The translations under genes were made by a program, and so were the position numbers. This document shows, piece after piece, positions 1-6,969 of a stretch of DNA of 64,000 nucleotides (within the stretch, counting starts at the first letter, position 1; each line of letters opens with the position of its first letter). The notes under the pieces were generated by a model that saw only the letters and a program-made list of their open reading frames with translations, did no database searches and was not told where the DNA came from. This DNA is from Chitinophagaceae bacterium (GTDB lineage Bacteria; Bacteroidota; Bacteroidia; Chitinophagales; Chitinophagaceae). The DNA is taken from assembly GCA_947458275.1 (NCBI GenBank), contig CANGYR010000012.1, forward strand, positions 1,372-65,371, written 5' to 3'.

Positions 1-564
1 TTAAGCGGTTGTAAAGATACGGCTGTGGTAAAAGTTAATGTACTCTCTGAAGTAATTGCCAATGCAGGAGAAGATGCGGTAGCCGAATACAACATGCCAT
101 ATCAACTCGACGGAAGTTTATCCAGAGGAGGTTCTCTACAATGGTCTCCGGGATTCCCTACATTGAATAATGCATATATAGCTAATCCAACAGCTACACT
201 ATTGGAAAATACACAGTTTATACTCCGGGTATCCAATGAACTGGGCTGTCAGGATCTTGATACGGTAAATATCAAAGTATTGAGAGGACCTACTTTCTAC
301 ATACCTAATGCATTTACGCCTGATGGCGACGGTGTCAATGATGTGTATCGTCCTACGGCAGTTGGTATAGACAAACTCCGCTACTTCCGTATTTACAACC
401 GCTACGGAACTATGTTATTCGAAACAAGCCAGATAGGTAAAGGATGGGATGGAACATACAAAGGCGTTAAACAAAATGCCGGAAACTATGTCTGGATTCT
501 GGAAGGTACCGACAGGTTTGGCGAGACCAAAGTACTGAAGGGCAATGCCATACTAATCAGATAA
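1..564 (+). CDS. C-terminal fragment of a secreted protein ending in a T9SS type-B sorting domain (gliding-motility-associated C-terminal domain); the 5' end lies outside the window
   Basis: Frame 1 is open from nt 1 (LSGCKDTAVVKVN...) to the stop at 562-564. The tail FYIPNAFTPDGDGVNDVYRP...GWDGTYKG...NYVWILEG is the hallmark of the Bacteroidota type-B T9SS CTD. Confidence 0.75.
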   Translation, partial: LSGCKDTAVVKVNVLSEVIANAGEDAVAEYNMPYQLDGSLSRGGSLQWSPGFPTLNNAYIANPTATLLENTQFILRVSNELGCQDLDTVNIKVLRGPTFYIPNAFTPDGDGVNDVYRPTAVGIDKLRYFRIYNRYGTMLFETSQIGKGWDGTYKGVKQNAGNYVWILEGTDRFGETKVLKGNAILIR

Positions 565-631
565 TGATTCTGCAGGATTATTCTGTCCGTTAAATAAATT
601 TCATCTCCTTTGATTTTTGTAAGTTTGGTGA

Positions 632-1345
632 ATGAAATGTTCACTTGCTTCAGTTTATTTCTTCGCAGTATTATTTTTTCTGTTACCCGTATTTGGTTTT
701 ACGCAGGAATTAACTATTGAGGTTAAACATATTGTAGGCAAGGATTCTCTGATATTGAATTCTACCCGATGCACCAATTCAAAAGGGCAGGAGTTCTTTG
801 TTGGTAAACTAAAATATTACATAAGTAATATTGTGTTGACAGATATTTCAGGAAATAAATTGTATGCAGATACCAGTTTTTTGATTGATGAATCAAAGCC
901 TGAATCAAAAAAAATTTTTCTCAATAACATTACTGTAAATAATTATCAATCTGTTGAATTCATTGTTGGTGTAGACAGCCTCCACAATTGTTCCGGTGCA
1001 CAGTCCGGCAGCTTGGATCCACTGAACGGCATGTTCTGGACCTGGAACAGCGGATACATTTTTTTTAAACTGGAAGGAAAATCATCCTACTCCAATCTTC
1101 CCGATAATTTAATTGAATATCACATAGGCGGCTATAAGGAACCTCACAATAGCATCAGAAAAATCAAACTTTCTCTTGATTCAAAACCAACCAAAGAGAT
1201 TTTCATCAACACAGATATAGGTAAATTGTTTTCGTCAGAAGCAGGAATTGAATTCTCTGAAACACCTTCCATCACAACTACCCCTAAAGCTTATCTGCTT
1301 GCCGATCAGTTCTATCGAATGTTTACGGTAATGAAACAGGAATAG
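632..1345 (+). CDS. MbnP-like periplasmic (copper-binding family) protein with a signal peptide
   Basis: N-terminal signal peptide. Motifs YYISNIVL, GVDS..N..GAQSGSLDP.NGMFWTWNSGYIFFKLEG match my recollection of the MbnP family. No MbnH-type peroxidase gene is adjacent. Confidence 0.5.
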   Translation: MKCSLASVYFFAVLFFLLPVFGFTQELTIEVKHIVGKDSLILNSTRCTNSKGQEFFVGKLKYYISNIVLTDISGNKLYADTSFLIDESKPESKKIFLNNITVNNYQSVEFIVGVDSLHNCSGAQSGSLDPLNGMFWTWNSGYIFFKLEGKSSYSNLPDNLIEYHIGGYKEPHNSIRKIKLSLDSKPTKEIFINTDIGKLFSSEAGIEFSETPSITTTPKAYLLADQFYRMFTVMKQE

Positions 1346-1354
1346 TATTTATAC

Positions 1355-1675
1355 GTTTATTAGTGTAGGAGTTTAGAGGTTTAGGATTATTTCATCCCTT
1401 TCCCCCTTGTTGGTGTTATCACCAACAAGAAAAAGTACTACCCTCAAATTGCTGTTGGTGATAACACCAACAGCGGCGAATTTCATCCCTATTGGTAACA
1501 ACACCAACAGCCTTGAAAACTCACTTCCTTATTTCTTATTTGTTATTTTATAATTCATATTCCAAAAGGATTGTCCCCCGCCTTATTGGTGATTACACCA
1601 CAGTGATGAACTTCTTCAACTTCTTTAACCTTTTCAACCTCTTGAACCTCTTCAACCCCTTCAACAATCTTCAAC
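1355..1675. repeat. Element A: ORF-less cassette-like repeat with a GTTTAG-type micro-repeat array (1355-1386), twin hairpins, and a CTTCAAC-type array (1602-1675)
   Basis: Four 8-mers: GTTTATTA GTGTAGGA GTTTAGAG GTTTAGGA. Perfect hairpins CTTGTTGGTG-TTAT-CACCAACAAG (1406-1429) and GCTGTTGGTG-ATAA-CACCAACAGC (1451-1474) form a 25/30 inverted repeat 21 bp apart. Two further degenerate copies lie at about 1491-1511 and 1584-1605. Eight 9-10-mers nnCTT(C/G/T)AAC follow. The track ORF 1492-1701 is only a read-through of these repeats. Confidence 0.85.
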
Positions 1676-1762
1676 TAAGTGTTAACACTTACGCTCCCTA
1701 AGTGCATTGCCCTAAATATCTACTTGATTTTCGACAATCTTATATACTGGCATCTACTTTTT

Positions 1763-1770
1763 TAACTTTG
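1763..1770 (+). promoter_or_regulatory. Candidate Bacteroidota sigma-A -7 element (TAACTTTG) for the FIST operon
   Basis: Exact match to TAnnTTTG, 43 bp upstream of the ATG at 1813. Confidence 0.35.
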
Positions 1771-1812
1771 TCTATTCTACTTTTTTCTTAATATATACCA
1801 AATATCACTCAT

Positions 1813-2955
1813 ATGCAAAGCAGTCAATTTTATTACCAGAATGGTGAATGGAAGAATTTACCATCCTCCGAAAAAGACCGCTTGTCCGCTAATGTGGTAT
1901 TGGTTTTTGGAGACAGGATTCTTTTAGATGATGATAAGCTGATTAAAGACATTCAGTCAAAATTCCCCTCATCAAGAATTATCACTTGCTCAACTGCAGG
2001 CGAGATAAAACAAAATCACTTTCAGGAGTCCGGTGCGGTTTGTGTGTCCATTCAGTTTGAAAAAACCAATGTGGATTTCGTTACAAAAAATATTGACGCA
2101 TATAAAAACAGTACTGATTTAGGAAAAGCATTGGCAGCATCCCTCCGTCAGGATGATTTAAAATACATTCTCGTGATTTCTGATGGCAATCTTATAAATG
2201 GCGACGATTTAATTTCAGGCATACAGGAAGTAATTGATCCTTCCGTGTTGATATCGGGCGGTCTTGCAGGTGATGCAGACAGGTTTAAGAAAACACTGGT
2301 TGGTCTTGACAATAATATCAAAGAAGGCAATGTAGTGCTGATGGGCTTGTACGGCAATCATATTACTGTTGGTACCGGAACTCAGGGAGGTTGGGATGTG
2401 TACGGTCCGGAAAGAACCATCACTAAATCAGAAAAAAATATTCTGTATGAAATTGATGGTGAGAATGCACTTGATTTGTACAAAAAATATTTAGGAAAAT
2501 ATGCAGAGGGTTTACCATCATCCGCATTGCTGTTTCCTATTTCTGTAAGAAAAAAAGAAGAGAAAACATTTCTAGTAAGGACTATTTTGTCTATTGACGA
2601 AAAAAACAAACAAATGGTTTTTGCCGGAAATATTCCGGAAGGAGCTGAAGTGCGTTTTATGCGTTCCAATTTTGACCGACTCATCAACGCTGCTTCTGAT
2701 GCAGGTACTCAGGCGGTGTCTCTGATGAAAAACAAACCGGTTGATTTAGCCATACTGGTAAGTTGTGTCGGCAGAAAAATTGTACTCGGCGATAGAGTAG
2801 AAGAGGAAATAGAAGCTGTTGCCGAATCAATGTTACCTAATACCACGATAACAGGATTTTTTTCTTACGGTGAAATAGCTCCCAACAAAGATGAAAATAA
2901 CACCAAATTGCATAATCAAACGATGACTGTTACAACTTTTGCTGAGTCGCTCTAA
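1813..2955 (+). CDS. FIST (FIST_N + FIST_C) sensory domain protein
   Basis: 380 aa. VLVFGD...ITCSTAGEI...GGLAGD...GGWDVYGPERTIT..NILYEIDGENALDLYKKYLG...LLFPI pattern is typical of stand-alone FIST proteins. The kinase gene follows 5 bp later. Confidence 0.8.
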   Translation: MQSSQFYYQNGEWKNLPSSEKDRLSANVVLVFGDRILLDDDKLIKDIQSKFPSSRIITCSTAGEIKQNHFQESGAVCVSIQFEKTNVDFVTKNIDAYKNSTDLGKALAASLRQDDLKYILVISDGNLINGDDLISGIQEVIDPSVLISGGLAGDADRFKKTLVGLDNNIKEGNVVLMGLYGNHITVGTGTQGGWDVYGPERTITKSEKNILYEIDGENALDLYKKYLGKYAEGLPSSALLFPISVRKKEEKTFLVRTILSIDEKNKQMVFAGNIPEGAEVRFMRSNFDRLINAASDAGTQAVSLMKNKPVDLAILVSCVGRKIVLGDRVEEEIEAVAESMLPNTTITGFFSYGEIAPNKDENNTKLHNQTMTVTTFAESL

Positions 2956-2960
2956 ACCCT

Positions 2961-5690
2961 ATGTATCACAAATATCTGGAAAGGCAAATTAAAAAGTATC
3001 TCGGTGAAATCGGGCATACTGACGAAAAGATGGAAAGCTTCCTGAAGGCCGTCAGTGATTCCTATGCCAACTATGAACGGGACAGAGAACTTAGTGAACA
3101 CGCCTTTTCGATCAACGAGCTGGAGTACCAGGCCATCAACAGGCAATTGAAAGAAATGACGGCGGAGCTGGAAACAAAAGTAGCAGAAAGAACCAAAGAG
3201 CTGGCAGACCTTGCTCTCTTCCCGCTTGAAAATCCCAATCCGGTTTTTCGCACAACCATCAACGGAGAAATTATTTTTAGAAATCCTGTTTCTAAAAATA
3301 TCAGAGAGATTTTTTTTAATGGAAAATTATATACGACTGAAGAGTTCTTTTTGATGATATCAAAACATATAAGTACTTCAGGTACTTTTGACATCGTTTC
3401 AGGCAACAAAGAATATATTTTAAACTTTAAAAGAGGAGAAGGCCAGACCTATATCAATTTTTATGGTACTGAGGTAACAGAAAAAAATATTCTCAGAAGA
3501 AAATCCCAGGAAAATTTTCAGCGCCTGAATGATTTCCTTGAATCCACTGAAGATGCCTATTATATCATTCATTCTAAAAACAAGGAAAAGGATCTCATCA
3601 CCTCCAAATGGAGTACCATTTTTGGATTCGATTCATTTGATTGCAATGATATCCTTGCTGAAAGAAAAAAATGCATCAAAGAAGCCTCATTAAAAACATA
3701 TAATGCTGTTTTCAACAAATTGAAGTCCGGCGAAAAGCATTCTTTTCAATACAATGTTGTGAATCGGGAAACCGGACAGGAATTCTGGCTTTCCGAATCG
3801 GTATCAAAATACACAGATAAGGAAACAAAAGAGACAATTATCAGCGGAAGAATTTCGGATATCACCAGAGAACGCCTTTATGCTATTCAGATCCAGGAAA
3901 GTGAAGAGCGTTTTCGTAATCTGGTGGAAGCCATCCCCGTAATGGTTTGGGTTTCCAATGAAAATAATATTGTTACCTACAGCAACAAGGCGTTTAAAAA
4001 TTTGATGGGTTTTGGTCTGGAAGATATCAAGGGCCCCGAAGATTATGCTCGTTTTGTTCATCCGGAAGACAAAGAAATTGCTGTGAGAGAATGGCGAAAC
4101 AATGTTTCCCGCAAGAAACCGATTCTTGCAGAATATCGGGTGAAAGATGCCAAAGGAATCTATCGCAATGTGATGGAGAAAGCCGTCCCCAGATTTTACG
4201 CAGATGGCAGTTATGCTGGATTTATAGGTGCATATTTCGATTTGACAGAGGAAAAATCAGCACAGCAAAGTCTGGTGGTCGAAAAAGAAAAACTGGAACT
4301 ATTGACCCAAAATTCTCCTGATATTATTATACTGGCAGATCAGAACGGTGTTATTGAATACGTTTCTCCCTCTACTACCCGTTTGCTGGAGTATGATGAA
4401 CTGAGACTGATTAATTCAAATGTTTCAGATTTTATTTGCAAAACCTGTTATTCCAGTCTTAAATCAACCTCATGGCTTGTGAATGCAAAAAGCAAGACAA
4501 AGAAGTTTGAATACACCATGTTGTCTAAAAGCGGAAAAAAAATATGGGTGGAATCTGTTTTATCTCTGGTAAAAAATCCTGTAGATAAATCTGTTAAAAT
4601 TCTGATGCACAACAGGGATATCTCATCCTTTAAGCAGGCAGAGCAGGCACTTAAAGAAAGCGAACTTAAATACCGCAGTTTATTTGAAAATATGCAGCTG
4701 GGAGTGATGGAGGTTGATTTGAATGACAGAATCCTTTGGGTAAATCATTCATTTGAAAAAATGGCAGGGTATAAGTTCAATGAGATAAAAGGGAAACTCG
4801 CACACAAATTATTCCTGAAAAAAGAAATTTCTGAGAAGTTGCTCTCTGAGGTTCAAAAAGAGAGAAAACAGAAAAAAGAGTCAATCTATGAGATAGAGAT
4901 GCTGAAAAAAAACGGTCAGTTGGCCAACGTGGTTATCAGCGGCTCTCCTGTGATAGATATCAATGGCAATGTTCGTGGTTCGGTGGGTATTCACTGGGAT
5001 GTGACTGAAATTCGTAAGATGGAAAGAATGCTGGAAGAAGAGAAGGTAATCAGACAGAAGGAGGTGATGAAAGCAACATTAAATGCAGAGGAAAGACAAA
5101 GAGAGGTGTTGGGCAATGAACTGCATGATGGCGTAGGACAGATACTGACGTATACAACATTGTTCCTTCAAATGGCAGCCAGTTCGAATAACTTAGACCC
5201 TGCGCTTTTTGGCAAAGCCCAAACCAAAGTGGCGGAGGCAATGAATGAGGTGAGAAGAATCTCCCGTAGTCTAGTGCCGCCCGCATTACTTGATCTGGGT
5301 TTGAGAGAAGCGATTGTTGAACTAATCAACCAATACACTGAATTCAGTAATATTAAATTTGACATAAAATGTAAGTCGGATGATTTGATTGATTTGGATT
5401 TTGATGCCAAACGAACGATTTACAGAATTATTCAGGAAATGGTTAACAATTCCATAAAACATGCACAGGCGGATGTAATAAAAATTGAAATCAAACGAAA
5501 TAAGAGTAAATTAGCAATTACATGCAAAGACAATGGTCTCGGATTTAATGTAGAAAAAGTGAAGAAAGGAGTGGGGTTAAAAAGTATTACCAATAGGGCT
5601 TATTTTTATGGTGGTAATACCAAAATAGATTCGGCATTAAAAAAAGGGACAATTTTTACGGTGGAACTTCCGTTAAAAAATATTGTTTAA
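2961..5690 (+). CDS. Cytoplasmic multi-PAS sensor histidine kinase (HisKA_3 / NarX-type H-box, HATPase_c)
   Basis: 909 aa with no obvious TM segment. Several PAS-like blocks, H-box ELHDGVGQ, and a C-terminal N/G-box region (IQEMVNNSIKHA...DNGLGF...GVGLKSI). Confidence 0.9.
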   Translation: MYHKYLERQIKKYLGEIGHTDEKMESFLKAVSDSYANYERDRELSEHAFSINELEYQAINRQLKEMTAELETKVAERTKELADLALFPLENPNPVFRTTINGEIIFRNPVSKNIREIFFNGKLYTTEEFFLMISKHISTSGTFDIVSGNKEYILNFKRGEGQTYINFYGTEVTEKNILRRKSQENFQRLNDFLESTEDAYYIIHSKNKEKDLITSKWSTIFGFDSFDCNDILAERKKCIKEASLKTYNAVFNKLKSGEKHSFQYNVVNRETGQEFWLSESVSKYTDKETKETIISGRISDITRERLYAIQIQESEERFRNLVEAIPVMVWVSNENNIVTYSNKAFKNLMGFGLEDIKGPEDYARFVHPEDKEIAVREWRNNVSRKKPILAEYRVKDAKGIYRNVMEKAVPRFYADGSYAGFIGAYFDLTEEKSAQQSLVVEKEKLELLTQNSPDIIILADQNGVIEYVSPSTTRLLEYDELRLINSNVSDFICKTCYSSLKSTSWLVNAKSKTKKFEYTMLSKSGKKIWVESVLSLVKNPVDKSVKILMHNRDISSFKQAEQALKESELKYRSLFENMQLGVMEVDLNDRILWVNHSFEKMAGYKFNEIKGKLAHKLFLKKEISEKLLSEVQKERKQKKESIYEIEMLKKNGQLANVVISGSPVIDINGNVRGSVGIHWDVTEIRKMERMLEEEKVIRQKEVMKATLNAEERQREVLGNELHDGVGQILTYTTLFLQMAASSNNLDPALFGKAQTKVAEAMNEVRRISRSLVPPALLDLGLREAIVELINQYTEFSNIKFDIKCKSDDLIDLDFDAKRTIYRIIQEMVNNSIKHAQADVIKIEIKRNKSKLAITCKDNGLGFNVEKVKKGVGLKSITNRAYFYGGNTKIDSALKKGTIFTVELPLKNIV

Positions 5691-5762
5691 GTTAAAAGTA
5701 AAACCAATTACTCATTCCGTAGGAACGATATATCTCTAAAAAAATATAAATCATCATAACTC

Positions 5763-6407
5763 ATGGATAAAAAAATTTCAATAATGATTCTCGACGACCA
5801 TAGTCTGGTTGCCGAAATGTGGTCTGAACTCATCAACTCTGATCCGAGATTTACCGTTCTGGGTATATGCAATGATACCACAGATGACTCCATTCAGCAG
5901 ATTAAAACAAAAAGACCGGATGTGGTCATTCTGGATATCAATATACCACCTATTTCGGGCATTGATGCCACCAAAATAATTAAGAAAGAATCGCCGGGAA
6001 CAAGAATTATCGGTGTTTCTATGCACAACCAGCCCTCATTTGCAAAAAGAATGCTGAAGAATGGTGCTACAGGATACGTTACCAAGAGTTCCAATAAAAA
6101 CGAGATGTTTGATGCCATTACTGCTGTCGTGAAAGGAACCATTTTTGTTTGCAAGGAAATTCAGGAAAATCTTTCCAAACAAATTCTGGTGGATGATGAA
6201 CTGCCCGATATTAGTAAGTTGTCAGAAAGAGAAATAGATGTCTTGAAATTGATCAAAGAAGGACTTTCGTCAAAAGAAATAGCCGCTAAAATATTCTTAT
6301 CCTACAGAACTGTGGAGGTGCATCGCTCCAATATTTTGAAGAAATTAAATCTTAAGAATACGGCTTCATTACTGAAGTTTATTCATAATTCTTCGCTGGA
6401 TATATAG
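5763..6407 (+). CDS. Response regulator, NarL/LuxR family (REC + LuxR HTH)
   Basis: ILDDH...VVILDINIP receiver motifs and a C-terminal LSEREIDVLKLIKEGLSSKEIA...TVEVHRSNILKKL LuxR-type HTH. Confidence 0.9.
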   Translation: MDKKISIMILDDHSLVAEMWSELINSDPRFTVLGICNDTTDDSIQQIKTKRPDVVILDINIPPISGIDATKIIKKESPGTRIIGVSMHNQPSFAKRMLKNGATGYVTKSSNKNEMFDAITAVVKGTIFVCKEIQENLSKQILVDDELPDISKLSEREIDVLKLIKEGLSSKEIAAKIFLSYRTVEVHRSNILKKLNLKNTASLLKFIHNSSLDI

Positions 6408-6412
6408 GGGAA

Positions 6413-6684
6413 GGTTGAAGATTGTTTAACTTTGTTGAACCTTGTTGAAAATTGTTGATAGAGACTGTTTCTTTCGCCACTGTTGGTGTTATCACCAACA
6501 GCAATTTGATTGTCCTGCTTTTTCTTGAATTTTCTCTGCGCAACTCCGCGCTCTTATTTCTCTGCGGTGAAAAATACAAACAATAGATGATTGCCGGCCA
6601 ATGCTTGTTGGTGATAACAGCAACAGTGGCGAAAGAGTATGCCTCTTCCACTATCTTCAACCATCTTCAACCATCTTCAACCTC
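6413..6684. repeat. Element B: symmetric ORF-less cassette-like repeat (GTTGAA array - 31-bp IR - about 102-bp core - IR' - CTTCAAC array)
   Basis: Left array 6413-6460 (period about 10, nTTGTTGAAn) and right array 6642-6684 (CATCTTCAAC units) in inverted orientation. 6471-6501 and 6604-6635 are a 29/31 inverted repeat, with a perfect 15-mer CTTTCGCCACTGTTG / CAACAGTGGCGAAAG. It contains the same GTTGGTG-TTAT-CACCAAC hairpin as element A. Confidence 0.85.
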
Positions 6685-6789
6685 ATTAAGTAATAGTACT
6701 TACCCCATTTCCGTCGAAACACCAAAAGTCTGAAATCCGCTTCCACATTGCTTGTAATAGAAAATCCACTGCACTATTTTTATATACAG

Positions 6790-6950
6790 AAATCGCTATC
6801 CAATATCCTTCGTCCAACAATCCTAATAAAGACCGTTAACCTATCCTTGAAAAAAATTTGGCTTCCATATCCTCTGGAAACATTCAGATAAACTATAAAC
6901 AGAAGCCATATAAAAAAACAGGCCGTTCTAAAGAACAGCCTGTTTTTATT
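6790..6950 (+). ncRNA. Candidate small RNA, a paralog of the 45052-45319 module (speculative)
   Basis: No ORF. Near-consensus -7 box TATTTTTA at 6775-6782. Collinear shared blocks with the 45-kb copy: ATCCAATATC, CAATCCTAA, CCTATCC, GGCTTCCA, GAAGCCA. Ends in the hairpin plus T-run at 6912-6950. Confidence 0.2.
6912..6950. terminator. Bidirectional intrinsic terminator (ppsA 3' end; also closes the candidate sRNA on +)
   Basis: A-run, ACAGGC-C-GTTCT-AA-AGAAC-A-GCCTGT stem-loop, T-run. It lies 20 bp beyond the ppsA stop. Confidence 0.7.
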
Positions 6951-6969
6951 TTAAGCAATAATAAGATTA

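Noticed and set aside
620-627. TAAGTTTG match to the -7 promoter consensus upstream of the MbnP-like gene
   Set aside because: It ends only 4 nt before the ATG at 632, so the predicted transcription start would fall inside the coding region. It is probably fortuitous in AT-rich DNA.
1602-1675. CRISPR interpretation of the micro-repeat arrays (also at 6413-6460, 6642-6684, 21332-21378, 21844-21879 and 45370-45424)
   Set aside because: The units are only 8-10 bp and directly abut with no spacers. The arrays have 4-8 units, and no cas genes or leader are present.
1492-1701. 69-aa ORF (…NFFNFFNLFNLLNLFNPFNNLQL…) in the MbnP-FIST intergenic region
   Set aside because: Its C-terminal half is just the in-frame reading of the 9-bp CTTCAAC array, and its N-terminal half spans the degenerate hairpins. 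There is no start context or protein-like composition.
6379-6660. 93-aa minus-strand ORF across element B
   Set aside because: It spans both inverted repeats and overlaps the 3' end of the response-regulator gene, so it is an artefact of the repeat structure.
1355-6684. Integron-like gene cassette with attC-type hairpins flanking the FIST operon
   Set aside because: There is no IntI integrase or attI/Pc structure. The hairpins lack the attC R''/L''-L'/R' organisation, and the enclosed unit is a normal three-gene operon with its own promoter motif.
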